From contig JBMNTV010000001.1 of assembly GCA_050945915.1 (NCBI GenBank), forward strand, positions 6,115-70,114: a DNA stretch of 64,000 nt. Direction: 5' to 3'. Source of the DNA: Christensenellales bacterium (GTDB lineage: Bacteria; Bacillota; Clostridia; Christensenellales; CALWSW01). Each line of letters opens with the position of its first letter. The first letter of the stretch is position 1. The notes under the pieces are model-generated. The model was not told where the DNA came from. It made no database searches and saw only the letters and a program-made list of their open reading frames with translations. A program made the position numbers and the translations under genes. This document shows, one piece after another, positions 8,279-17,211 of this stretch.

Positions 8279-9889
8279 ATGCTATTTGATTTTTTCGCAA
8301 GAAAACTGCGCTATATCAACGATTCCAAGCGCCATCAAAGCAATAGCGGCGACGAGGAGCAGCGGCAGCCCGAGATCGTGGAATCGCTTTCCAAAAACCT
8401 GGAGGAGCTCAAGCAACTTCTGGGAACTGGCAGCGATCTGAAGATCCATTTTTTCCGTTTTGGCGAGGACAGCCGCTATTCCGGCGTTCTCGTCTATTTC
8501 GACGGGCTGGTGGACGGCACTGTCATCTCGGACACCATCCTTCGGCCCATCGTCAACTGGAGGCAGTCGTGCGAGCGGGCGCTTCTTAGGAGGGAGCTCG
8601 TCGAGATCCTTTGCCAAGAGGTTATGTGTTCTGCGGACACCGAGTCCGTCCAAACCATCAACGAACTTGCAGGCGGATGCCTTTCCGGCGACGTAGCCCT
8701 GCTGATCAACGGCTGCCCGACGGGTCTGATCATCAGCGCCAAGGGATGGGATCAGCGCAGCGTTGCGGAACCTCCTTCGGAATCGGTGGTTCGCGGCCCC
8801 AGGGAAGGCTTCACCGAAAATTTGCGCACAAACACCGCCCTGATCCGCCGCAGAATCAAGACCGGCAAGCTCCGCGCCGACATGCTCACCGTCGGGAAGA
8901 AGACCAAAACCGGCGTATGCCTCATGTATCTTGAAGGCGTGGCCAATACCAAAGTCGTCGACGAAGTGAAGTTCAGGATCAAACAGCTGGACATCGACTC
9001 CATCCTCGATTCCGGAAACATCGAGGAGTACATCGAAGACGCGCCCTTTTCCCCCTTCCCGACGGTGGGATACAGCGAAAAGCCGGACGTGATCGCGTCG
9101 CGGGTGCTGGAAGGCCGCGTCGCCATCATCGTGGACGGGACTCCGTTTGTGCTTACCGCGCCGATGCTGTTTATCGAGAGCTTTCAGACCGCAGAAGATT
9201 ATTACACGCGCACGATCTATGCGAACATCATCCGCATGCTGCGGTATCTGGCTTTTCTCCTTTCCGTTTTTGGCCCCGGCATTTACGTCGCACTGACCAG
9301 TTACCATCAGGAGCTGATTCCCACAACGCTGCTGTTTACCATCGCCAACGCCCGGGAGGGCACCCCCTTCCCGGTGTTCATAGAAGCGCTGGTCATGGTT
9401 TTTGCGTATGAACTCCTGCGCGAAGGCGGAATCCGCCTGCCGCACCCGGTGGGTCAGGCCATCAGCATCGTCGGTGCGCTCATCATGGGTGACGCGGCGG
9501 TTTCCGCCGGCGTCGTCAGCGCGCCCATCGTCATCGCCATCGCCATCACCGCGGTGGCGGGCTTTCTCGTTCCCATGCAGAACGAATCTAGTTCCATCCT
9601 GCGCTTCATCATGTTGTTTCTTTCGGCAGGGACGGGTTTTTACGGCTTGTCTTTGGGGTTTTTGGCGATGCTGATTCACCTTTCCACCCTGACTTCCTTT
9701 GGCGTGCCGTATTTTGACGGCTTCGCGATCACGAGAAACCTTCAGGATTCCATCGTCCGCATGCCCCTTTGGAGCATGGTCATGCGGCCGAAATACATTG
9801 CCAAAGGCGATCTCACCCGCCGCAGATTCTTCATCCCCCCGTTAAGGCCCTACTCCATGGAAGACGACGATCTTGAGGAGGGAACATGA
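8279..9889 (+). CDS. Spore germination receptor, GerA-family A subunit
   Basis: 536 aa. Conserved LRTNTALIRRRIK...GYSEKPDVIASRVLEGRVAIIVDGTPFVLTAP and a C-terminal membrane domain. Confidence 0.92.
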   Translation: MLFDFFARKLRYINDSKRHQSNSGDEEQRQPEIVESLSKNLEELKQLLGTGSDLKIHFFRFGEDSRYSGVLVYFDGLVDGTVISDTILRPIVNWRQSCERALLRRELVEILCQEVMCSADTESVQTINELAGGCLSGDVALLINGCPTGLIISAKGWDQRSVAEPPSESVVRGPREGFTENLRTNTALIRRRIKTGKLRADMLTVGKKTKTGVCLMYLEGVANTKVVDEVKFRIKQLDIDSILDSGNIEEYIEDAPFSPFPTVGYSEKPDVIASRVLEGRVAIIVDGTPFVLTAPMLFIESFQTAEDYYTRTIYANIIRMLRYLAFLLSVFGPGIYVALTSYHQELIPTTLLFTIANAREGTPFPVFIEALVMVFAYELLREGGIRLPHPVGQAISIVGALIMGDAAVSAGVVSAPIVIAIAITAVAGFLVPMQNESSSILRFIMLFLSAGTGFYGLSLGFLAMLIHLSTLTSFGVPYFDGFAITRNLQDSIVRMPLWSMVMRPKYIAKGDLTRRRFFIPPLRPYSMEDDDLEEGT

Positions 9890-11073
9890 GCAAAAAGGCG
9901 TTGACGCGAAGGATCCTTGTTTCGTTCTGGCTGATTCTGCTGGCCTTGCTGCTTGTTGGCTGCTGGGGAGGAGATGAGATCGATGCCCTCTTCATCGTCA
10001 CCGGCGTGGGTTTGGATACGTCGGATGACCCGGAAAAGATGAACATCGTCTTCCAGGTCGCAAAAACCCAGGCCGCCTCCAGCGGCGATTCCGGCTCCAG
10101 TTCCGCGGACAGCACCACCGTTTTGCTGAAGACGCAAAGGGGAACGGTTGCAGAAGCCATCGCGGATTTTAACCGCGATGGCAGCCGAAAGATCTTTATG
10201 CAGCACAACCAGGTCATCTTGATCGGCTCTGCCCTTGCAGAAGAAGGCATCGCCGATAAAATCGACCTTTTTGTCCGGGATCTGGAGGGGCGCATGGAAG
10301 TCCCGATTCTCATCGTGGACGGAGATGCCGAAGAACTCCTTTCCGTCGAGATGGACCAGAACAAGATTTCCGGGCTCTTTCTGGCGGATGTGTTGGAAAG
10401 GCAGGCATCCACTTCCATCGAATACCGGATCCGCCTTCTGGATTTTGCCTCCAGGCTGCTGGACGAAAGTTCTTCCCCCATCGCTTCGATGGCAGAAATC
10501 GTCGAGGAGGAGGGCCAGGATATCATTAAAATCACCGGTATGGCGGTGTTTCAGGACGGCAAAATGATCGGCCGCCTGACCAACGAGGAAACCCTGGGCT
10601 ACATCTGGGCCATGGGCGAAGTCAAAAACAGCGGCGTCGTCGCAAAGGACGACGCAGGCAAGGCAGCCTTCATCATCGACGAGCTGGACACAAAAAAGAC
10701 GCTGAAGCTGCGGGAAGATGGCGGGGTGGCGGTGAAATTGTCCGTCAGCGCCACCCTTACCATCAATGAACTGTACGGATACAGCGAAATGAACCCCGTG
10801 GAGCTGATCGATCATCTGATCGAGCTTTCCCAGCATGCGATCCGGCAGAGGATCGAGGATACCTTTATAATCGCCCAGCACATGCGGGCGGACATCTATC
10901 GATTCGGGGTGATGACGCACCGCCGCTTCCCCAAGGAATGGCGAAAGATGCGCGAGCATTGGGACGATGTGTTTGCGGGCATTCAGTTGGATGTGGAAGT
11001 AAAGGCGACCATTCCCAGCACCGGCAAGGTGATCGAATCCCTGAAGATGAAGGAGCGCAACCATGACAATTGA
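9886..11073 (+). CDS. Spore germination receptor, Ger(x)C lipoprotein subunit
   Basis: 395 aa. Lipobox LLLVGCWG followed by IDALFIVTGVGLD. ATGA overlap with the A subunit gene. Confidence 0.9.
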   Translation: MSKKALTRRILVSFWLILLALLLVGCWGGDEIDALFIVTGVGLDTSDDPEKMNIVFQVAKTQAASSGDSGSSSADSTTVLLKTQRGTVAEAIADFNRDGSRKIFMQHNQVILIGSALAEEGIADKIDLFVRDLEGRMEVPILIVDGDAEELLSVEMDQNKISGLFLADVLERQASTSIEYRIRLLDFASRLLDESSSPIASMAEIVEEEGQDIIKITGMAVFQDGKMIGRLTNEETLGYIWAMGEVKNSGVVAKDDAGKAAFIIDELDTKKTLKLREDGGVAVKLSVSATLTINELYGYSEMNPVELIDHLIELSQHAIRQRIEDTFIIAQHMRADIYRFGVMTHRRFPKEWRKMREHWDDVFAGIQLDVEVKATIPSTGKVIESLKMKERNHDN

Positions 11074-12166
11074 CAAGGGGCAGATTTCCGGCACCCGGTT
11101 GATGCTGACGATAGCCTGTTTCATCCAGGCATCCTCGCTACTCACGTCCTTCCTGTTATCGGTCACCCTTCAGGATTCCTGGATCGTGGTTTTGATCGGA
11201 ACTGTTCTTTGCCTGCCTTTGATTTGGATCTATCGGGAACTGATGCTTACCTTTCCCGGCAAAAACCTGATTCAGATCCTCAAAGAGGTTTACGGTCCGG
11301 TGGTGGGGAAAATCCTGGGCGCGATGTATCTTTGGCACTTTCTGACGCTGGCCTCCGTCAACCTCATCGACATGGCCGAAACCTCAAAGATGGCCATCAT
11401 GGGCGAAATGCCCGTTGTCACTCTGGCGATCATGTGCGCGGTGGTGTGTGCTTACGCGGTGCGCCATGGGATCAAATCCGTCACCTGGCCCAGTGCGCTG
11501 TTTACCTTCGCCATCATCCCGATCGTGATTGTGACGCTGATGCTTACCGCGAACCAGATCGACTTGCAGAACCTCTTTCCGATGATGGACCAGCCCGTGA
11601 TGAAGTACGTCCAGGGCGTTCATATCATCTCCACCATTCCCTTTGGAGAGCTCGTGATCATCACGATGTTTAACCCGAATGTCAAACTGACTCGAAAGGG
11701 CTCGTTAAAATACATGTTCGGCGGGTTTCTTTTGGGCGCGTTGACCGTGTTGGTGGTGGTGTTGCGGGACCTCACCGTACTGGGGAACACGATCAGCCTC
11801 TTTGCCCAGCCTTCCCTCGTCACCCTGCGGATGGTGCGCCTCGGGGAAGCGCTCAGCCGCATGGAAATACTCTTTTCCATCATTCTGGTCATTCTGCTCT
11901 TTTACAAGATCGCGGTGCTCTATTATGTCACTGTGCTTTGCGTAGCACAATTGTTTGAAACAAAGAATTACCGCCGCCTTGTTGCGATCACCGGCGCTCT
12001 GATGGTCGCTTACGGGCTGACCCTTTTCCCCAATATGGCGAAACACGCGGATCACGCTCAAAAAATCACCCCATTCCTTTGGACATTCTTTGAAATCCTC
12101 GTGCCTTTCCTGACGTTGCTCGTCGCAAAGGCACGAAAACTCCCCGTAGCGGCAAAGGAGGCTTAA
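11063..12166 (+). CDS. Spore germination receptor, Ger(x)B APC-like membrane subunit
   Basis: 367 aa polytopic protein starting ISGTRLMLTIACFIQASSLL. Overlaps the C subunit gene by 11 nt. Confidence 0.9.
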   Translation: MTIDKGQISGTRLMLTIACFIQASSLLTSFLLSVTLQDSWIVVLIGTVLCLPLIWIYRELMLTFPGKNLIQILKEVYGPVVGKILGAMYLWHFLTLASVNLIDMAETSKMAIMGEMPVVTLAIMCAVVCAYAVRHGIKSVTWPSALFTFAIIPIVIVTLMLTANQIDLQNLFPMMDQPVMKYVQGVHIISTIPFGELVIITMFNPNVKLTRKGSLKYMFGGFLLGALTVLVVVLRDLTVLGNTISLFAQPSLVTLRMVRLGEALSRMEILFSIILVILLFYKIAVLYYVTVLCVAQLFETKNYRRLVAITGALMVAYGLTLFPNMAKHADHAQKITPFLWTFFEILVPFLTLLVAKARKLPVAAKEA

Positions 12167-12169
12167 AGG

Positions 12170-12379
12170 ATGCTGGTTCTGCTTTCCGTCTTCGCGGCTA
12201 TCGCCCTTTTTGACCTCGCTCCCTTGATCCAGCAGAAGCAGCGGACCGTAATCGCGGCCTTTTTGGTGCTGTTCGTCCTTGCGCTGGGCATTTCCATCCT
12301 GCTTATGATGGACATCGAAGTGCCAAGCGCCATGCTGTTTCTTGAGGACGTGCTCAAATCCATTGGCCTGAGCTATTGA
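12170..12379 (+). CDS. Small two-TM membrane protein, possible fourth (D-like) germinant-receptor subunit
   Basis: 69 aa with two hydrophobic helices. RBS AAGGAGG 8 nt upstream. Starts 3 nt after the B subunit stop and is followed by a terminator. Confidence 0.55.
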   Translation: MLVLLSVFAAIALFDLAPLIQQKQRTVIAAFLVLFVLALGISILLMMDIEVPSAMLFLEDVLKSIGLSY

Positions 12380-12424
12380 TTCTTTACACAGATGCCCGGT
12401 GGATGCCCGGTTTCGTTTCACGGC

Positions 12425-12461
12425 AAAAAACAGGAAGCGGTCCGCCGCTTCCTGTTTTTTT
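12425..12461. terminator. Bidirectional intrinsic terminator (ger operon / mgtA)
   Basis: AAAAAA-CAGGAAGCGG-tccg-CCGCTTCCTG-TTTTTTT. Confidence 0.85.
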
Positions 12462-12521
12462 ACTTATTATGTCTTGATTCAAGATCAGGCGAATCTTACC
12501 GTTTTGTCGTCCGCCGCAACT

Positions 12522-15176
12522 TTACAGCCATTCGCCGCGCCTTTGGATATAGATCCTCTTGATGAGCTGCGCACAGAGGAAATAGCCGAAAAGGATGAGC
12601 GCCAACCAGGATACGAAGGAAACCGGCAGGGGCATCATGTCGATCCCGACGGAGAGTTCGCTAAACCCCACAAATACCGCGATGGCGGCGACAACAAACG
12701 TGGATGCCAACAAAGAAGCCGAAGGCTTGCTCTGCAGGAAGGGCAGCTTCCCTGTGCGTATCATGTGGATGACCAGCACCTGGGAAACCGTTCCGAAAAC
12801 GAACCATCCGCTCTGGAACAACGGGGCAAGTTCCCTTGTGTTCGCGCCGATGATCCACCACATGATAGCGAAACACAACAAGTCGAACACGGAGCTGAGC
12901 GGCCCCATGTAGGCCATGAAGGACCGGATGGAGCCCGTATCCCACTTTCGGGGCTTTTTGATGTACTCGGGGTCTACGCTGTCGAAGGGAATCCCCATCT
13001 GAGAAAAATCGCAAAGCAGGTTCTGGACCAGAATCTGGACGGGCAGCATCGGCAGGAACGGCAGAAAAATGCTCGCCACGATGACGGAGATCATGTTCCC
13101 GAAATTCCCGCTCGCCGCCATCTTGATGTATTTGACGATGTTTCCAAAGGTGCGGCGGCCTTCGATCACGCCCTCTTCCAGCACCATCAGGTCCTTTTTC
13201 AGCAGGATGATATCCGCCGTTTCCTTGGCGATGTCCACCGCGCTGTCCACGGAAATCCCCACGTCCGCCTGGCGCATCGGCGGCGCGTCGTTGATCCCGT
13301 CGCCCATATAGCCCACGGTATGACCGGCCGCCTGGAACGCCCGCACCACCCGTTCTTTTTGCGTTGGGGAGAGCTTGGCAAAAAGGTCGCAGGTCTTGAC
13401 CGCTTCCAGAAGCTCCGCGTCGTCCATCGCATCCAATTCCCGACCAGTGATCAACCGGGTGGTATCCACACCGACCTTTCGGCACACCTTGGCGGCGACG
13501 CCTTCGCTGTCCCCCGTCAGCACCACCGACCGGACCCCGTGTTCCCGCAGGGCCATAATGGCGGCTTTCGCGCTTTCCTTCGGCGGATCCAGGAATCCTA
13601 CAAATCCGATGAGCACCATGTCCTTCTCGTGGTCGACGGTGAACACGCCGCTGCCCGGAACCTCGTTCTTTTGGGCGACGGCGATCATGCGCAGGCCGTC
13701 CGCATTGTACTTTTGATAGGTTTTCAGGGCAAAGGCCCTGGCTTCGTCATCCATGGGGACGACTTTCCCGTTCAGCTCCACAAAGGAGCAGACCGCGACC
13801 ATCTCTTCCACTGCGCCCTTTGTGATCAGCTGGCGCTTGCCGCTTTGGTCGATGAGCACCACGCTCATCCTGCGGCGGGAAAAGTCGAAAGGAATCTCGT
13901 CCACCAGGGTGTAGTTGCCCAGCAGGTCGTCAAGTCCGTATTTTTTCGCCCTGTTGATAATGGCGAGATCAATGAGGTTCTTCAACCCGGTCTGGAAGCT
14001 GCTGTTCAAGTACGCATGGCGAAGGATTCGGGTGTCGTCCTCGCCGTGGATGTTCATGTATTTTTCCAGCACGACCTTGTCTTCGGTCAGGGTGCCCGTC
14101 TTGTCGGTGCAGAGCACGTCCATCTCGCCGAAGGTCTGAATCGCGCCCAAGGTGCGGACAATGACCTTGTGCTTGGACATGGACACAGCGCCCTTTGCCA
14201 GGGTGGATGTCATAATGACGGGGAGCATTTCCGGCGTGAGCCCTGCCGCGACGCTGACCGCAAACAACAGCGCCGAAGCCCAGTCCCCCTTAGCCGCGCC
14301 GTTGATCAAGAACACGACGGGTACCATCACCAGCATCATCCGAACCAGCAGCCTGCTGACGGAGGACACGCCGCGCTCGAAGCTGGTTTGCGCCTTGTCT
14401 CCGGACAGGGTTTTCGCCATCGAGCCGAAGTATGTGTCATTCCCTGTCAGAAGGATCACCGCCGTCGCGCTGCCGCTGACGACGTTCGAACCCATAAAAC
14501 CGATGTTCGCAAGGTCGGTCAAAGTATCGTCCTTTTGATTGCGGATGTCGCTGAACTTTTCCACCGGGTTGGATTCTCCGGTCAGGGCGGACTGGGCGAC
14601 GAAGGTGTCCTTCGTGGAGAGGAATCGGACATCCGCCGGGAGCATATCACCGGCGGAGAGCCGCACGACGTCCCCCGGAACCAGTTCATCCATGGGCAGT
14701 TCGACCAGCTGTCCATCCCGCAAGACGTGCGCCTTGTTTGAAATCATGTTTGCCAGCTTTTCCGTCGCCGCGTTGGAACGCTGGCTCTGCACGAACGCCA
14801 CCAGGCTGGAGATCAGCACCAAAGAGACGATGATCGTCACCGTCAGGTAATCAGGCTTGTGGGAGGCGACCACGTCCGTAAAATAGGTAATGACTGCGAC
14901 GATCAGCAATATCGCGTTAAAGGGATTGATGACCGCTTCCCGCAACCTGTGCAACACCGTGTTTTTGTTGCCCACCGTGATGGCGTTTTTACCATATGCA
15001 TGGAGCCTTGCTGCCGCTTCTTCCCCTGTCAGTCCATTTGGGGTTGTGGCAAGCTCCCTGTGCAGCGCCTCCTCCTGCATAAAGGCGAAGGCACGGAGGA
15101 TCCGTTCAGAATCGTTCCCGTTTTTCTGAGCAGGCCTGAACGCATGTTTCTTGATGCCATAGTTCAACGGAATCAT
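12522..15176 (-). CDS. mgtA: Magnesium-translocating P-type ATPase
   Basis: CTDKTGTLT phosphorylation site, MGDGINDAP hinge, and MgtA-like N-terminus (LTGEEAAARLHAYGKNAI). The start was moved to ATG 15176 because the tracked start at 15224 lies inside the leader terminator. The start remains uncertain. Confidence 0.9.
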   Translation of the reverse strand: MIPLNYGIKKHAFRPAQKNGNDSERILRAFAFMQEEALHRELATTPNGLTGEEAAARLHAYGKNAITVGNKNTVLHRLREAVINPFNAILLIVAVITYFTDVVASHKPDYLTVTIIVSLVLISSLVAFVQSQRSNAATEKLANMISNKAHVLRDGQLVELPMDELVPGDVVRLSAGDMLPADVRFLSTKDTFVAQSALTGESNPVEKFSDIRNQKDDTLTDLANIGFMGSNVVSGSATAVILLTGNDTYFGSMAKTLSGDKAQTSFERGVSSVSRLLVRMMLVMVPVVFLINGAAKGDWASALLFAVSVAAGLTPEMLPVIMTSTLAKGAVSMSKHKVIVRTLGAIQTFGEMDVLCTDKTGTLTEDKVVLEKYMNIHGEDDTRILRHAYLNSSFQTGLKNLIDLAIINRAKKYGLDDLLGNYTLVDEIPFDFSRRRMSVVLIDQSGKRQLITKGAVEEMVAVCSFVELNGKVVPMDDEARAFALKTYQKYNADGLRMIAVAQKNEVPGSGVFTVDHEKDMVLIGFVGFLDPPKESAKAAIMALREHGVRSVVLTGDSEGVAAKVCRKVGVDTTRLITGRELDAMDDAELLEAVKTCDLFAKLSPTQKERVVRAFQAAGHTVGYMGDGINDAPPMRQADVGISVDSAVDIAKETADIILLKKDLMVLEEGVIEGRRTFGNIVKYIKMAASGNFGNMISVIVASIFLPFLPMLPVQILVQNLLCDFSQMGIPFDSVDPEYIKKPRKWDTGSIRSFMAYMGPLSSVFDLLCFAIMWWIIGANTRELAPLFQSGWFVFGTVSQVLVIHMIRTGKLPFLQSKPSASLLASTFVVAAIAVFVGFSELSVGIDMMPLPVSFVSWLALILFGYFLCAQLIKRIYIQRRGEWL

Positions 15177-15221
15177 TCCTTTCTGTATTATGATTCCCCG
15201 GCAAAAAGCATCCCATGGCAA

Positions 15222-15245
15222 CAAAAAAGCCGCCTAACAGACGGC
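15222..15245 (-). terminator. Leader (attenuator) terminator upstream of mgtA
   Basis: Minus strand GCCGUC-UGUUA-GGCGGC followed by UUUUUUGU, about 45 nt before the mgtA start. Confidence 0.55.
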
Positions 15246-15249
15246 AGAG

Positions 15250-15400
15250 CAACAGCAGGCGCACCCGTTCATCCGCAAAAAAGCGCAATGGGCGACCGCC
15301 CGTTTGACAATGCCGTCAAACCGGTGTATGCCTTTCGCCAGGGGTTGAAGCCCCTCAACGGACTTCGGGGTACGCTGTCCATTTCCTCACTCCCTTATGA
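15250..15400 (-). promoter_or_regulatory. Probable M-box-like (Mg2+) riboswitch aptamer in the mgtA leader
   Basis: Minus strand reads AUAAGGGAGUGAGGAAAUGGACAGCGUACCCCGAAGUCC...GGCAUACACCGGUUUGACGGCAUUGUCAAAC. From memory this resembles M-box blocks (GUUAGGUGAGG, GCUGCCC.AAA.GUC, CAUACAG). Context is an mgtA 5' leader with a terminator. Not verified against a covariance model. Confidence 0.45.
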
Positions 15401-15414
15401 AAAAGTCTTATTAA

Positions 15415-15443
15415 AGTATATCTTTTTTGTCAGAATCCGTCAA
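15415..15443 (-). promoter_or_regulatory. Candidate sigma-A promoter TTGACG-17 nt-TATACT for the mgtA leader
   Basis: Read on the minus strand. Predicts a leader of about 230 nt. Confidence 0.5.
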
Positions 15444-15471
15444 CTGCGGCCTGCACGCAAAGAAAGCCCGC

Positions 15472-16398
15472 TTAATGGGCGAGGCTTTCGTAGATTCTGA
15501 TCAGATTGTCTTCCATTCGCTCAAGGTAGGAGCGTCCGTCCTCGCTGGTTTCCATCGTGAAGATGGTTTCCACCTTTGCGCCAACCTCCGCAGCAAGGGT
15601 TTGGGAGACCGCCGGACTGGCCATTTCTTCGGCGAAGATCGTCTTCACATCGTTTTCCCGGCAGTACTCCACAAGGGCGGCCAACTGTTGCGCGCTGGGC
15701 TCGCCGCCGGCGAAAATGTCCATCACGCTTAGCTGGGTCAGGCCAAAATCCCGGCAAAGATAGCCAAAAGCGGCATGCCCGGTGACGAAACTCTTCTTTT
15801 CCACCTGGCTGAACTTCTCATAGTATTCGTCATAGAGCGTGTCCAGCCGGGAAACAAACGCCTTGCAGTTCGCCTCGTAATACTCCCTGTTCGCAGGATC
15901 CGCCTGAACCAGGGCGTTTTTGATGTTTTCTGCTTCGGTGGCCGCCCCTTTCACGCTCAGCCAAAGGTGGGGATCATAACGCCCTTCGTCGTGTTCATGG
16001 TCGTGGGCCTTGTCGTTTCCCGTCCTCTCGATCAGATCCGCGCCTTCCGAAGCGACGACCACGATGAGGTTTTCGTTGCCCGCCGCGGCGATGGCCTTTT
16101 CCGCCCAGCGTTCCATTCCCAGGCCGTTGTATACAAAAATGTCCGCCCGGGCAAGACTTGCAAGATCTTGGGCTTTCAGCTCGAAATCATGGGCCTCGGT
16201 TCCGTCGGGTATGATGGTGGAGACCGCTACTTTCTCCCCGCCCACCGCTTCGGCAAATTCTTTCAGGGCGTTGAAGGAAACCATTACGCGGATCTTTCCT
16301 TCCGCCTGCGCATCCAGATCGTTGCCCGCCGCATTGCACGCCGCAAAACCGAGAACCAAAACCGCACACAGCAACAGGACAACCAGTTTTTTTCCCAT
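15472..16398 (-). CDS. znuA: Metal (probably zinc) ABC transporter substrate-binding lipoprotein
   Basis: Start MGKKLVV with RBS GGAGGA 7 nt upstream. Lipobox LGFAAC. His/Asp-rich loop DKAHDHEHDEGRYDPHLW typical of ZnuA/AdcA-type proteins. Confidence 0.86.
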   Translation of the reverse strand: MGKKLVVLLLCAVLVLGFAACNAAGNDLDAQAEGKIRVMVSFNALKEFAEAVGGEKVAVSTIIPDGTEAHDFELKAQDLASLARADIFVYNGLGMERWAEKAIAAAGNENLIVVVASEGADLIERTGNDKAHDHEHDEGRYDPHLWLSVKGAATEAENIKNALVQADPANREYYEANCKAFVSRLDTLYDEYYEKFSQVEKKSFVTGHAAFGYLCRDFGLTQLSVMDIFAGGEPSAQQLAALVEYCRENDVKTIFAEEMASPAVSQTLAAEVGAKVETIFTMETSEDGRSYLERMEDNLIRIYESLAH

Positions 16399-16413
16399 AC
16401 AGCCATCCTCCAC

Positions 16414-16443
16414 TTGCAAATGCTTCCCATTTGCATTTATAAT
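16414..16443 (+). promoter_or_regulatory. Candidate promoter TTGCAA-18 nt-TATAAT for znuC-znuB-zur
   Basis: Hexamers read directly. Confidence 0.45.
16415..16435. promoter_or_regulatory. Inverted repeat TGCAAATG-N5-CATTTGCA, candidate repressor operator in the divergent Zn-uptake promoters
   Basis: Perfect 8-bp arms, read directly. A related GCATTTGCAAAAG lies at 16488-16500. The repeat sits inside the spacer of the plus-strand promoter. Confidence 0.45.
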
Positions 16444-16445
16444 AC

Positions 16446-16474
16446 AGTATATTGGCCGGGAAAAATGCTGTCAA
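16446..16474 (-). promoter_or_regulatory. Candidate promoter TTGACA-17 nt-TATACT for znuA
   Basis: Read on the minus strand. The inverted repeat would then lie in the early transcribed region. Confidence 0.5.
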
Positions 16475-16536
16475 GCGCAAAGGATTCGCATTTGCAAAAG
16501 GTGCGTCCCACCCCTGTATTATTAAGGAAGCATTGT

Positions 16537-17211
16537 ATGATTAGTATTGAGAACTTGTATTTTTCCTATACCGGATCGCCGCCTTTTGTGCTCAACGGCA
16601 TCAACCTTCGCATTAAGGACGGGGAGTACGTTTCCTTTCTTGGGGACAATGGCAGCGGAAAGACGACGCTCATGCGCCTGATTCTGAAGCTCCTGTCCCC
16701 CACCAGCGGAAAGATTGCCCTGAACACCAGGCGGATCGGGTACGTTCCGCAAAGAAGCGACTTTTCCAACTCCCATTTCCCCATCACGGTCTTCGAGGCG
16801 ATGAACTCTTACCGCAAGCTCCTGAGGATCAAGGACAAAGGCGTGATCCAAAGCTGCCTTGCGCAAGTGAGCATGGAGGGCTTTGAAAATTCGCTGATGG
16901 GCGCCCTTTCCGGCGGGCAAAACCAGAAAATACTGATCGCCCGGGCGCTGATGGGCAACCCGGATCTTTTGGTTCTGGACGAGCCCTCCACCGGGGTGGA
17001 CCTGCACAGCCAAACGGAGATTTACGCCTGTTTGAAAAAACTGAACCGCGAAAACGGCATCACCATACTCTCCGTCGAACACAATCTCGGGGCGGCCATT
17101 GCCAATTCGACCCTGATTTATCACCTGAAAGGCGGCAACGGACACCTTTGTTCCCCACAAAAATACGCCGACGAGTTTTTGAACCCAAAGGGGGCCGACC
17201 AAAATGCTTAG
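16537..17211 (+). CDS. znuC: Metal ABC transporter ATP-binding protein
   Basis: MISIENLYFSY..., Walker A GDNGSGKTT, signature LSGGQNQKILIARAL. The tracked ORF (15775) was trimmed because its 5' part is antisense to znuA. Confidence 0.88.
   Translation: MISIENLYFSYTGSPPFVLNGINLRIKDGEYVSFLGDNGSGKTTLMRLILKLLSPTSGKIALNTRRIGYVPQRSDFSNSHFPITVFEAMNSYRKLLRIKDKGVIQSCLAQVSMEGFENSLMGALSGGQNQKILIARALMGNPDLLVLDEPSTGVDLHSQTEIYACLKKLNRENGITILSVEHNLGAAIANSTLIYHLKGGNGHLCSPQKYADEFLNPKGADQNA

Noticed and set aside
12399-14741. 780-aa ORF on the plus strand
   Set aside because: It is antisense to mgtA, whose P-type ATPase motifs are unambiguous. The product has shadow-ORF composition (Arg/His/Gly/Asp-rich).
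15775-16536. 5' 254 codons of the tracked 478-aa ORF ending at 17211
   Set aside because: This part is antisense to znuA. The ABC ATPase homology begins at MISIENLYF (16537), which has its own upstream promoter region.
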